Shown in pieces: positions 1 to 13,541 of a stretch of 63,819 bases of DNA. The position numbers were made by a program, and so were the translations under genes. Where the stretch lies: contig CM119269.1 of assembly GCA_051294375.1 (NCBI GenBank), positions 20,474,371 through 20,538,189 of the forward strand, in the 5' to 3' direction. Within the stretch, counting starts at the first letter, position 1. Each line of letters begins with the position of its first letter. The notes beneath the pieces are model-generated. The model worked only from the letters and a program-made list of their open reading frames with translations. It did no database searches and had not been told where the DNA came from. Source of the DNA: Paraspadella gotoi (lineage: Eukaryota; Animalia; Chaetognatha).

Positions 1-405
1 TGATCCGTGAAAACAGAAATTGGCTTCACCCTTCACTGATTTTCCATGGAATGAAATGTGAAATATCTCGTGCCGTAGTTTAGAGGATTAAAAGGTGGCG
101 GATATTGTTAGATGGATCGAACAATCAGGTTTTGGCTGTTTTTCTGGGATCGAATTTGAACCCAATCATCATTTCAAGATTATAAACGATTATAATTATA
201 TTATAACTGTAAAAAGGTAATGATTACGTATATATTTAACTCTCAGAAAGGCGTTTTGTTGCGGAAAGAAACGTATACAAAATAAAATAAACTGGTTTGA
301 AAACAAAGAAAAGTTGTAAAAGAAAAATGTGAAAAGAGGGAAACAACTGGAAAACTATAACTAGAAATATAATTCGGTGAACTCCTTCTTTGCACAACGA
401 AGAGT

Positions 406-428
406 GAGAGAGAGAGAGAGAGAGAGAT

Positions 429-486
<58 letters not shown>
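406..486. repeat. (GA)n microsatellite
   Basis: Directly visible; one of many GA/CT tracts in the window. Confidence 0.95.
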
Positions 487-489
<3 letters not shown>

Positions 490-719
490 CGCTCACTCTG
501 TTTTTCCATCACTATTTTCCAGGCCGCGAATTTTTCCCCCTATTTTTTATTTTTGACAAAGAAAATCGTTTTTGTTGTTCAAGAACCGGAATTCTATTTC
601 GCTGTGAAAATGGAGTGAAAAATAAAAGCGCGAAAATAAAACTGGGTTCACTGTGCGAGAAAAATAAAAGCGCAGGAATAAAACAGATTTCACTGTGAGA
701 ATACGAATCATCAAAGATT

Positions 720-938
720 TCCTTTTATGGCAAAGGGGAGAAAAGTGTGATGTCCGGGGTGTGAGGCATCTGCCGACACCTTGCGCTCAAGGATTTTGAC
801 CTGCTTTGACCTGCCCAGGTCACTGGCGTGTTTATGCCAACAACATCACACTTAACCAGAGAGACCGTGAGGGGATTGCACCCGGAACTCACAGTTGGTG
901 AACGAATACTTAGCTGTTCAAGTCAATCGGACGAGCAG
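720..938 (-). mobile_element. Possible old tRNA-headed SINE-like element, family C
   Basis: About 220 bp GC-richer island. The reverse complement has a weak A box and a B-box-like CCGGGTGCAATCCC about 55 nt from its start. Only one copy is seen. Confidence 0.35.
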
Positions 939-1773
939 AGTTTCTCCAAGCTATACAGGAGGTGAATTTAGGATTCACCACACTTTCCTCTTTTTTGCCC
1001 GTTTGTATCGTTAGAATTCATTTTCTAGTAATCGTTAGAATAAGAATTCATTTTCAAGTAATCGTACACATGGGCTGATCCACTTCGTGACTGCATTTTT
1101 TCAACACTTACCTCCCCCTTTGCTTGTCCGTTCATTCTTTCGCAAAGAATCCTCATTCTTTCTTTTTCTTTTTATATTTCTTTTCTTTTTTTTCCTAAAA
1201 ATCCTCCCGAAACACATTCTCTCTTTCCCTTTTTTGTCTTACCCTCCGCTCTTACAAACCACTATCTGAGTTCTATGGCCAAATCCCATCCATGATTTAT
1301 GCGGGATCTCCCCTTCTCCTTCTCACTCTCTTTCTTTCTTTTTTTCTTTCTTTTTCCATGACGGAGAAAATCCCTTCTTGTTCATGACCCAATTCTTGGG
1401 CGAATGGATCATACTACATGGACGCGGTTTTTTTTTTTATGTTTCTCGTGATTTTCAATTTTCGTTCGAATTTCGATTACGCTCTTGTCGTGAGAAACAC
1501 AAGGACGTTAAAATCCCAAGCCTATGTGGCCATATGTGCATTTTCTATGCTCGTACGTTGCCCATAGGGATTTCTAGTCAAAAAAGTTATATCCACGTCA
1601 CTATGTATCAAAGACAACCAGGGCACGGACGTCATTGCGGATTGAGGACAATGTCGATGACCCTCGCGTCTGATGAAAAAGATTCGGAGAGACAAACGCG
1701 ACTCATTAATCAAACGCGCGACGAGGGAGACAACCGACGTCCGCGAGCGACGAGAAGAATTGCCAAGGCATTC

Positions 1774-1806
1774 GTCTCTCTCTCTCTCTCTCTCTCTCTC
1801 TGTTCT

Positions 1807-1881
<75 letters not shown>
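1774..1881. repeat. (CT)n microsatellite
   Basis: Directly visible. Confidence 0.95.
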
Positions 1882-2277
1882 CACTCCTTCTCGATCTTTC
1901 AATAAGCATCAACTTACGCCCTCTTGAGAACACCTCACCCGGAAACGCGATCCTTAGGAAACAAAAGACGAAATGAAAGTGGAGAATAAATAGGGAAGCT
2001 AATGTGACCAACAATTTTTTGAGTATATGAAAATTTATTTTTAAAGTATTACTTAAGTATATGTAATTTCTGACACTAAATCTTTTCTAAAACCGTTCAT
2101 AACTAATAATTTATGACGGTAAAATAAAAATTTCGTTATCAAGTAAAATCATGTATGTCACGATGAAATCAGATCTGGATTATTCGAGAGAATCCTCGAT
2201 TAAATAAAATTGTTAGCTGATTTATTCTTGGCAGTCTGAAACTCTTAGCTCTTTGTGTCTCTTGTGCGTACAGTATT

Positions 2278-2309
<32 letters not shown>

Positions 2310-2438
2310 NNNNNNNNNNAAAGAAAAAAACAAAGAAAAAAGTACGAAAGAAAAAAAAAAGAAAGAAAGAAAGAAATATAGAAATATAGAAAAAAGGGGG
2401 AAAATGAAAAAGAAAAAAAGAAAAAAGCATAAAAAAGG

Positions 2439-2590
<152 letters not shown>

Positions 2591-3221
2591 GAAAAAATAA
2601 ATAAAGAAAGAAAGAAAGAAAGGGAAATGAACATTCGTTTTAATCTATTCACATCAGCTCTTGACTGTTCTTTATTGTCGAACTTTGCCTTTCGAAATTT
2701 AACGCAGAAGTGTAGATCTGTTTCCGAAGGAACTGTTTTCTATAGAAACTTAGAAATCGAATCACGTTTTTGCAAAACAATTTATGTCTTTCCATTACAT
2801 TTTCCCCCCCTTTTTCTTCTTTTTTACTCTTTTGTTCTATTTCGAAATTTTTTTTCTTTTCATTTTTAACGTTTCAAAAGTGAGACTTCCCCCAGTTTTC
2901 GAATTCGAGTCACTCCTCCCCAGAATTTATGCATTCTGAAAAAAGCTCAGCTTTCGCAGCGACAATGTATGTTATGTATCGAGGAAAATTTGAGAGGTTT
3001 TGCAAAAGTTAAAGCATAGGATATTATGACAGGTTTTTATTTTTCGTTTAGCACTTTTTTTTTTTGGAAGTCAAATTCGTTTTTACAACTCAATTTTTTC
3101 ATCCAAACTCTTTTTTTTTTTTATATGTTCAATGAAACAAAGTACAGGGTTCGGAATCAAAACTTTTAAAAATTGAATTTACAACCTGAAGAGGCAGTAA
3201 TTATTGTTATGTGTTAGTAAC

Positions 3222-3382
3222 AGAACCGTTCAACATAAGCAGTCCCTGAACTTTGGATCAGGCTGTAACACCGTGTTACAGACGGGTAAAGCACCCCGTT
3301 CCTCTTAACTGCGATCACCGGGGTAGAAGACCGGACCTTTGGGTTGGGAGGCGAATGACTTGCCTACTGCACCATTGGCCGC
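3222..3382 (-). mobile_element. SINE-like element with tRNA-Gly-like head (or degenerate tRNA pseudogene), family B
   Basis: The reverse complement begins GCGGCCAATGGTGCAGTAGGCAAGTCATTCGCCTCCCAACCCAAAGGTCCGGTCTTCTACCCCGG. It has an A box, a TCGCCTCCCA anticodon-arm-like segment as in tRNA-Gly(CCC) and a degenerate B box, followed by a non-tRNA body. Only one copy is seen. Confidence 0.5.
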
Positions 3383-3882
3383 TGATGAAGCGTTGGTGGA
3401 TTTTAGTCCACCTTAAACCTTTACAACACTCTTTACCCTGTATCCCTCTCTCTATTTCCCCACTCTTCACTCTCTTGAAAAATCACATCCATTCTCTGCT
3501 TTAAAAGTCAATTTTTCCTTTAGATCACATTTCCTGTTATTGTTGAATTTTCGAACGAAAATATTTTTTGTACTCAAGGAATGTAACAATTTTTAGACGC
3601 GAAGTAAATATACTTTTCCCAGGTGGTTTTACAATGTTTTTATTTTATTTTCGCATCGATTCTTTTTGCATTGAGTTATACTTATAGTAAAAAAACCGTG
3701 AAAGTCAACAAGGCTCGTCGGGGTTCGAAATTTTTTCCTAGTTTCTCGATAAAAACTTTAACGTTTCTTTTTCCAAATCAAAATATAGGTTTACATGTTT
3801 CACAGTTTTACAGTTTCACGGGAAAATGAGATTTTATTTATTAAGAGGAATAGAAGGGATAAAGAGAGAGAGAAGAAAAGAT

Positions 3883-3960
<78 letters not shown>

Positions 3961-4338
3961 TTGTCCATCGTGGCGGCACTGACCTATTAGTCAAAAATTT
4001 TCTTTCCCCTTTTCTTAATTCATATTCATTCAAACTAAACTCAAGATTTTCGATTGAGTTTATTTAGGCTTAGTCTTGTTGATCCATGACATTTTGTTAA
4101 CGGTTTAGCATTTTTCTATTCAGAAAAAAATGTGCATATATGAGTTTATCATACGTACTCCCGGAGCGACGCTACAAGTCACTTTCCGTTGGATCTGTCA
4201 GTCGGTTAATCTAATTTATTTTTTAAGAGCTTAAAAATAGGATGATAATATTTCCTTTTAATCAAAACTTGGTAATAAGATCAAGTGTAGTCGGGCATTG
4301 CCAATATCACCCCGCCTATAAGCATGATACCTTCAGTT

Positions 4339-4533
4339 GTGACCCGGTGGCTCATTGAGTAAAGCCATCAGCTAATGACCACTATGTTCATTGTTCAATC
4401 CCAACCCGGTACCTACAATGTGGGAAGCGGAAGGACGGCCGTAAACCACCTAGATGGCGTTGAAAACCCTCAAGCCTGGTTTCAAGCCCAGGACCCCTTC
4501 CGTGTCTGCTAAGGGCCCTTTATCAAAAAAAAA
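4339..4533 (+). mobile_element. tRNA-derived SINE-like element, family A
   Basis: A-box-like GGTGGCTCATTGAG at the 5' end, B-box-like GTTCAATCCC about 50 nt in, a unique body and an A-tail at 4525-4533. A substitution-diverged second copy lies at 41922-42080. Confidence 0.7.
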
Positions 4534-4613
4534 TTATGTGATGCAATTATGTGTTAATTATCAGTTTTTTTTAGCCATTGTGATATTTCCTTGAGTTTGT
4601 TGCTTTTGGTGAA

Positions 4614-4708
4614 TTTAGGAGAATAAAGGAAAATTTCGTTAGTTTAGCAACATGTTTCGATTCTTTGAATGTTGCTAAACTAACAAAATTTTCGTTTATT
4701 CTCCTAAA
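4614..4708. repeat. Near-perfect hairpin, 40-bp arms (2 mismatches) and 15-nt loop
   Basis: 4614-4653 pairs with 4669-4708. A noisy mirror copy lies near 21190-21292. Confidence 0.92.
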
Positions 4709-6275
4709 GTTTTTAACCATAAGATAATTTAATTGTAATATCGTCATATAATCTTCTGATTACGCCTGTATATAATGAAGTGACTGGGACGCAACACAAC
4801 TTGCCCGTTCTAAATTTTGTTTCCGTCTGTACTCCTCGTTTTCTCTCTTATATTTTTGCTTTGTTTTTTTTCGAATCTAATGACAGGAAAATATCAATCA
4901 GAAAAAAAGAAAGAGAGCGAGAGAGTAAGAGAAAGAGCGAGAGCGAGCGAAGATCAACAACCGAAGGGCTGAAAGGTGTCAAAAGGTAGATCAACTTTAA
5001 CTCTTTTCCTCAATTCGGTCCAAATGTGCGTTCAAATTTGTTTTCTTTTGATTTTTCGTCTCCACGTTCAAAAATATTATTTGGCTTCTCCGATTCTTGG
5101 ATTGTTCTCTCTCTCTCTCTTTCTCTCTCTCTCCTCACGCCACCTTACTCAAAGAACTTACCAAAGAGGAATTTTTTGAACCCCCGCAGCAGTAAAAGCA
5201 GAGCTGCTGCAGCGTCGTCCGCTGCTGCTTTAGTAAGCCCACTCCTGTAAAAGATTCATACAAGAGACTCGATATGTATTCCTTAAATATCTTTTTAGGA
5301 AGTAAATATTTCCATTTGTTTACCGATTAATTTATTTCCATTAAAAAAATACCTAATTATTTTGTCATTGAATCGATTTATTTTTTTCCCGATTTACTTC
5401 GTAGTTCATAAATATTTTTAACTTTTTGTTTTCGTTACATTTCCGAAGAGTGGGAGAAGGAAGCTGCCACCGGCGCAGAAACGGGGGGAAGAAGAATCCA
5501 ACGTTGGTAAGTTCCTGGGTAAGGGTGGCATCCGCCGCCACCGACGGCATCGCTGCAGTCGATTTTCTCCGATGATATTGAATGAGGAAATTTCGCTCTT
5601 GTTCGATGCAGGTTCGATCTTCATGTTGAGGATTTCATCTTTTAGCTCCGTTTCTTACACATATTATTTTCAGTTTAGATTCGATACATTTTGACGGTCC
5701 ATCGATAAAAACCCCAAAATAATCCTTACAAATTCAAGGCTAAGATGAAACTAATACGTAGATAATTGTCTAAATGTAATTTTCATCTGTAACGAAACCA
5801 TCTACCTCCAATGAATCTTTTCATCGGGTGAGAAAATCGAACTTACCTTTTCGACTCTCACTGCTCTGGAATTCGGAGCCGAATCGATAAGGAGTAGAGA
5901 CGACGACGTGGACGAGAAAAACGACAAAGACGACGACAACGACAAATAAAATCACGAACAATGACAATAATAAAGACAATCGACAAAGATGACAAAATGG
6001 ATGACTAAGGATGACGTCGATGACAAAGACGCAGACTTAATCGTCGACGGCGAAAACCTTTCTTACCCAGGATTCGCTCCGCGACCGAAAAAGAGCTCAC
6101 CGGTAACAACAGCTGCTGTGGCTGCAGCCTGCGGGGTCTGAGTCGGCGGTCGCTGACGCTGGCCGGGGCTGCCGCGGTGGCCGTCTGTCGAAAAACTTTT
6201 GGCCACAATTTTCGGGGAAAAAAGATTTTTTTTTTCCCGATTGGAACCGAAATCGTTCGTTATTTATTTATTTTT

Positions 6276-6387
6276 CGAACGAACGACCGACCGATCAACC
6301 TGTCGATCGACACGACACGACGATGCGATACGATACGACAAGTGACTTATTGAGTTGCTTCGCCAGTACTCGCGACGCGACTAAAAA
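6276..6387. mobile_element. Helentron/HINE-like terminus remnant, opposite orientation to 28202-28284
   Basis: (GACC/GAC)n-like tract, then AAGTGACTTATTGAGTTGC...ACGCGACTAAAAA, the reverse-complement layout of the 28202 motif. Confidence 0.45.
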
Positions 6388-6686
6388 TTAAGTCGGAAAG
6401 CGAAATAAAAATAGCTTTAAAAAATTCTTACCCAATAAATGTTTTTTTCTTATTAAAAATGCTTAACTCTCTCTCTCTCTCTCTCTGTCTTTTTTTACAA
6501 TCTCTCTATTTCTTCTTCTCCCCTTTCTCTTTTTTCCCTCCTGCCAAGGCCGAATGCAATAAAATCTATTGTGTAGAAAGAAGTATCACAGTAGTAACAC
6601 TCGAAAATATAAATCACGATTTTAAGTTTTGAAAAAATGAAAGGTCACAAGTCGATTCGTGATATTCGAACCTCGAAACAATCTTC

Positions 6687-6732
<46 letters not shown>

Positions 6733-8430
6733 CCCTTTGTTTTTGTTATGTTTTTCGTTTTTCAACTTGACTCTGAAGGCCGTGAGTCATAAACCGCGCA
6801 AGGATCAAGACACATACAGTGCGAAACAGAGAGAGATACTCTAACGTGAGTCTTCCCCCCTTAACCGTTCTTTTGTTTTTGTTTATTCTCAGTTGCGAGA
6901 TCGACGCCAGCGACACTCCTGACTGTGGGAAACGCGAAAACGATGACGCCAACAAAACGTAAACAAACGAAAGGATAAAAACGTCGGAACAAAAACAAAC
7001 GAAGCGAAAAAGAAAATCTGAGAAAATAAGAGAAAAAACATCGGAAACGCCCTTTTTCGTTGACGCCTTTGGCGTCTCAGTCGTCGTTGTTGTTGTTGTT
7101 GTTGTTGTACTTGTCGTCTTTAGCGTTTTTATTTTTACTTTAATAAAAATTCTAATTAATTTATTTCTTTCCCTTAACCCACGTACAATACCCAGTAATA
7201 AAATCTACAATAAACTAACTCGCTATAAAGCTGAATAAAGTTTATGTATTCATCATTTTATGAATTCGATGAAGTTAATGCCAGATTTATTCACAACAGT
7301 TTATTAAAAAGAAAAAGTCAAATTGAAAAAGATAAATCTCAACAGGAAAGAGGTTTCGTCCGAAATGAATACTTCTAAAATTCTATGCTGACCTCGAGGC
7401 ATTCTGAGGTAATCGAACTCATAAGTATCTTATTAAAGTATAATTTCTCATACATTAATTTTATTTGTCTTCCGCGCGACGACCAAAACCGTAATCAATT
7501 CGCTCGTCGAAAAGATAAAAGGTTTCTGTAAGACGATCGAACTGTCAAGATAAAACTCAAGATAAAAAAAAAAAATCTTGATAAACTTCGACGGAATTTA
7601 AGCAGTAAATCTTTGTCGTCTACTTGTATCGGGACAGAGGAACTGTTTTGTTTTAAACAAAGTATGATTCATAGAAGGAGAGTGTGTGGCTGAAGAAGAA
7701 AGGAATACGAACGACTAAAACAACAGAAATAAAAGAGCAAGAGAAACCGGGAAATAAAAAAAAAAAAAAAACGAAATCAAAGAATGAATCGAAATTGAAA
7801 AAAACCTCGGATAAAAAGAAAAGTTTAGCGTTTTGCAATTCCCACTTACGTCTGCGATTAGCATAAAACTTTCTATTTTAATTTTTATGCGCATCACATT
7901 TTTGTAACAAGAAATTCCCACATGACGCGTTACAAAATGAAACTCGAAGAAAAAACATTTTACCAGAGTGAGTTAACTTGATTTGCGTTTTTATAATATT
8001 GTATTCATTTTTTTTTGTCGGCGATTTTTAATACAATTCTACCGAAACGATACATATCGCTTAAACGTATTACATGCAAAAACCTTAACGCGACGGACAA
8101 AAATTTAAATGTAAAGGAGTGTATTGTTTACGTTTGAAACTAATTTTTTTTTATTAAAAACTGCTCTACATTTTCTAAATTTCTAGTCAATCTATCGACG
8201 CCAATCGCGACCCTCGACTGACGAACAGACAGACATTCTGACCTACAGACTCAAACAATCACCTGTCTGCAAACCATATGGGTTTTTTCCCGTTTTCCCT
8301 CATTCATCCACTCTTCCCTTTTTTCTCCTTTTTTTCCCCTTTCGTCTCGAGGTCAGACGAGGGGTCAACTCGCGACGGACTGTTTGTCCTGTTTTAATAA
8401 TGAGCCCGCCCCGACGGAATATCGATATGG

Positions 8431-8480
<50 letters not shown>

Positions 8481-8775
8481 CTCTGGGGACTATTCGTCAA
8501 CGTCGGACTGTCAATTGTCAATACGTCTATCCACTTTATCCTACAACATCAGTAAATCAGCAGAATATTTTCCTGTTATATTTCAGACAACACGAATGTC
8601 TCTCCCTTCTTATTGTTTTGGAATTTCGGTTAAATTCCCATGGCGCGCCAATTATTCCTTCCAAACCTTTTTGCGAGGCTGTTTTTGCCATTTAAGTGAA
8701 ACAAAATGGTCCATTTCATCGAAACGGAGGGAAAGCCGGAGGCGGCTGCGGCGGCGACGAATGGTTGTTATCCCA

Positions 8776-8843
<68 letters not shown>

Positions 8844-9499
8844 TGAAAGCCTGCTATTCTTAAATATTTTTTGAGAAACAATTAGTTTGAAACAAAAAGA
8901 GCATCGTTCGTATTCCGATCGTAAACTCTTTGAGTTTCGCGTCGGAATTTCAGAAAATGTGACAACCGGCTGGAAGAAGGAGATGGAATTTCCCTTTCCA
9001 TCCAAATGACGTCAATTTCTGAAGTTTGACGTCAATTTTCGTCCTTCGCGACGTCTTCTCGTGACGTTAACTCGTTTCCTCGATGTTATAACTTCCCTTT
9101 TTCCATCTCTTTCCATGTCGTCGTTGACATTAACTTCCCTTTTCCATCTTCGCCGTCAGTCCTCTTGGCTTCGATGTCTTTGGCAACGAAATCTGTCCTT
9201 CGAAATTTCTCTGTTAAACTTCGCTCGCTCGGTCTCTTGATTGCTGAGGACGTTTATGCCATTATAGTTGTAGTCTTTACTTTTATTACATTTGACCGTG
9301 TTAGATCATTTCTAAAAAAATGACTAAAGAGCATTTAGTAACGAAAATTTAAAATTATTCTTTCCTAATTTTTCAAATTTCTATTTATTCAAAATTATTA
9401 TTAATTTTTTTGGTGATTATTAACCATTTTCTCTTTACTTCACAGTTCCCTTCAAGCGAAATTCCTCGGGAGACATAAATTTCATTTCCTTGCTATAAA

Positions 9500-10010
9500 A
9501 TTTCATTAAGCCACGAAGGTACTATCGTCTCCGGCCGACGTAAACCTTCCGTTCATTGATGCATCTGCATTCTGTAAAATCTGTATATGTGATGCCGTCA
9601 AATTACGTTCATAAGTTCATTCATTACTGTTCAATCGACAATCTCCTTAAATTCTTCTATTTGCATCTACGGCCATGTTACTTTGGCTATCTTTCCGTGC
9701 CTTTTTTGTCAAATATTAATCCATATATTTTGGAATTCCTCTGGTTTTTGTTTCAAAATGTCTCTTTATACTATCCCGATGCCATCTAACAAGTTTTAAA
9801 ATGTTCTCTCACCACCGGACTCCATTCATTTTGGTTCCAATCCTTAATCTCTTTCTTCAATGCCACCTCGAATCCCTGGGAAGACCAGCCTCAACCTTTT
9901 GAAGTCGTCTAATCTCCATCGAGTCGTCGTCCTCCTTTTTGTATCTAATCCGGCGTCATCAGAATCATCAGGGTTAAAGTGACTGCCACCTTTCTTGTTT
10001 TCTTCTCTGC
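9500..10010 (-). mobile_element. Possible highly decayed LINE ORF2 3' remnant
   Basis: Balanced-composition block. Minus-strand fragments KKEIKDWNQNEW and ECRC...ETIV(H)FVA resemble the C-terminal CCHC region of non-LTR ORF2, but this reading needs frameshifts and contains stops. Confidence 0.3.
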
Positions 10011-11048
10011 CCTTATCCCCAGTTTTATTTTTAAACCTTTTTTTCCTAGACTTTATTTCCGCCTTCTGATTTTGACGGTTGTTTTTTCGACGTTTTTCCT
10101 TTTTTTTTTTTTTTTATTTTCCCTTTTGTTTCGCATTGTTTTCTTATTTTTTCTTCATTTTCGTTTTCTCAGATTATTTTTTTTTTTCATTTTGCAAATT
10201 CCCTGTCGCGTCTCTTAGTCGATTTAATGGCTTTTTTTTTTCACCTCGTCTCGCGTTTCACTTTGCGAGTCGCACGCTCGTCACCATTTTTAATTTTCCT
10301 TTTTCTTAGAATCACTTTTTTTTTCTTCAAATCTCGTCTCAGAGCCTGTCGGTATCGTCCTTTCCTTTCATGCCTCCCCCATCTCTAAACATCCGTTCCC
10401 TTTCTCTTTCCCTTTTTTATTTGTTATCCCCTCGACTCTACCTGTTCTTCCCCCCGACTCGACGCCGATTCTCCCACGCACGCGCACCCTCAGAGACTCC
10501 CACGCGCGCTCTCGTTCACTATGCGTGCGAATCCCGCGCGCGCCCCACGATCTAATCTCTGCCTCTGCTCTCGTTTCTCTCGCGGATTCATCTCAACAAA
10601 ATCACCCATAAAATCGAATTAGCAAAAAACCTGAAGGCTTCGTCTTTTGCGCTCAATTTCCGTGGGGGAAGAGAAGGAAGAGAGAAAGATGGAAAAAGAG
10701 AGAGAGAGAGAGGGGGGGGGGAGAAGGGTAGGAAAGACGGGAATGCGAGGAAGGAAGAAAGAAAGGGTAATGAAGGGATATAAAATTTAAGGAGGAAAAT
10801 CTATATATATAATATATAATATGGGTGAAAGGAAGAAAAAGATCGAGTGTACGTAATAATAAAAATGTGTGTATTAAAGAAAATGAATATATTACCTGAG
10901 TTATGAGGATTTAAAACGAAAGTGGGAACAGGATCGCCGTATAGACCGACCGACCGAGTACTGCGGCGCAAAACTTACGAATGGGAGAAGAGAGAGAGAG
11001 AGAGAGAGATGAGAGAGAGAGAGAGCAGATACGAGATGAGGAGGAGAG

Positions 11049-11086
<38 letters not shown>

Positions 11087-11866
11087 CAGAGAAATGTGAA
11101 AAGACACGGAGAGGCGGTCAATCGGGTTGAGCAACGCTCAACGATCTCATCTACTTCCACGAGAATTTTATTCTTTTTTTCTATTTTCTCTTGTTTTTTT
11201 TGTATTTTCTATTTTCTCTTTTTTTCAGTTTTCTCTTTTTATTTTTCTCTTGTTTTTCTTATTTTCTCCTTTTTTCTATTTTCTCCTTTTTTTCTATTTT
11301 TCTCCTTTTTTTCTATTCTCTTTTTTTTCTCCTTTCTTCTTCTCTTTTCTCTTTTTTGTTTTTATTCCTTCCTCCAATTTCACCGCCTCTTTTAAGTTTA
11401 ACCTTTCATGTGTCTGCATTTTTAATTTAATAAAAACGATTTATTAAATAACTTTAATGTCTTAATCAATCAAAAACAAAATAGTGACGACGAGAACCAT
11501 CATATTTACTACGAACGCAACCACCACTAACACAACCACAACGACAACGAAATGACGACCAGGTTACGCCGCGACGCCTCCGTCTATGAAGAACGACGTG
11601 ACGTTGATAAAGACGAATCGCAATTTAGTCAGTCCCCCTCTCTCTCTCTCTACTCTCTCCTGCTCCTCTCTCGATCGTCTTCTACTTATTTCGCTCTCTC
11701 CTTCCGAGCCGCGCTGACTTTCTCGGCTCTCTCGATTCTACCAGATTAGACAAGTATTAATTTTTTTCCTTTCCTTTCCCCAGATCCTTTTTTTTTTTTT
11801 ATTTGTAATTTTTCGGATGTTCAAGGTCGAGAGAGAGAGAGAGAGAGAGAAAAAGAGAGAGAGTGG

Positions 11867-11961
<95 letters not shown>

Positions 11962-12701
11962 AGAGAGAGAGAGAGAGAGTGAGACGAATGCCTTGGCAAT
12001 TCTTCTCGTCAATTTGCACCTTCCATTCAGCCTCGCTCATATGAGTCATAACCCATACGATAGTTCACTACGAATCCTGCTATATGATTCCTTCCAGCCA
12101 CCACACTGTCTCGACTGCAGCCTTTTATGGGATCAGACGACTCAGATTCGACAAGCCAGCTCGCTGTTTTTTAGGTGACATGGGCGGCAGCTCAGGGCCC
12201 ACTCTGTTGCAGAAAGGAAGGCGCGGTCCTTTTAAATGTTGTCTTCTTCCGTCCGAAAGTATTTTACCGCTGCTTCCGTGCGAATTGAGATGCGTTTTGC
12301 CAGATTTTTTTGGGAATCAATTTAATAAACGTTAATGTCAAAAAAGTCGCTTCCGACGTTGCTCATTCCAAACCTGATTTCCATAAATGTCTTTTCCCGA
12401 TCGCGATCAGGAGGACGTTCCTCTCCGTCATTCGTGATAATTTCATGGTTTCCAAAACAAACAAAAAATCGCTTTTCTGAGTTGAAAAAGATTTTACCAT
12501 TTTTGGTAAACCCATCGTATGAAGCAATGTCATTGGAAATTGCGATCAACGTCCTCAAATTTGAAATCGAGTTGGAAAGTAAAGAATCTTGATCGGAAAT
12601 CGTTTCCTCTTTTTATCGAAAATTATTTTTTCAAAACAAAGCTCCAAGGTTTTGATATCGCGGTACTTTGACGCCCATTTATTTTTTTTTCGCCCGAGTG
12701 A

Positions 12702-13446
12702 ATTTTGAAATGAAAAAAATAATTTTCCGATAAAAGAGGAAAACGATTTTTCCGATTTCAAGATTCTTTACTTCCACACTCGATTCAAATGTTGAGGACG
12801 CCTTGATCGCAATTCTCCAGATGACATTGCTTCATACGATGGGTTTCACCAAAATGGGTAAAATCTTTTCAACTCAGAAAAGCCGATTTTTTGTTTGTTT
12901 TGGAAAACCTATGAAATTAGTCTAACCAGTTATGACGGAGAGGAACCGGTCCTCCTGCATTCGGATCGGGGTAAATGTAGAACATTTATGAAATCAGTGT
13001 TGCGAATGCGAGCAACGTCGGAGCGACTTTTTTTTTGACCATTAACGTTTATTAAATTACATTCCCAAAAAAATTCTGGCAAAACGGCACCCTCAAATTT
13101 GCCACGGATAGCAGCGGCTAAATTCACTTTCGGCACGGAAGAAAGACAACATTTAAAAAAAGGACCGCGCCTTCTTTCTGCACAGAGTGGGCCCTGAGCT
13201 GTCCGCCCCATGTCACCTAAAAAACAGAGAGCTGGCTTGTCGAAATCTTGAGTTCGTCTTGATCCCCTATAAAAGGCTGCAGTTCCGAGACCAGGTGGTG
13301 CTGGAAGGAATCATATAGCAGCGATCGTTAGTGAACTATTTTTTTCCCGTTTTATGGTTATGACTCATATGAGCGATGGCTGAAGGAAAGGTGCAAATTG
13401 CACGAGAAGAATTCCAAGGCATTCGTCTCACCTCTCTGCTCTCTCT

Positions 13447-13541
<95 letters not shown>

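Larger units (their letters stand above)
3870..12637 (+). repeat. Left arm of ~9 kb inverted repeat (cleaner copy)
   Basis: Continuous reverse-complement match to 12702-22057. Examples: 11817-12010 vs 13400-13591, 4339-4533 vs about 21388-21604, 3955-3990 vs 21925-21960. Confidence 0.95.

Noticed and set aside
3183-3420. CTGAAGA and CTGATGA each followed by short stems, hammerhead-like
   Set aside because: Neither has the required GAAA after stem II.
12175-12260. Candidate exon MGGSSGPTLLQKGRRGPFKCCLLPSE after a ttttttag acceptor
   Set aside because: Weak donor, no recognisable homology, and close to the fold-back centre.
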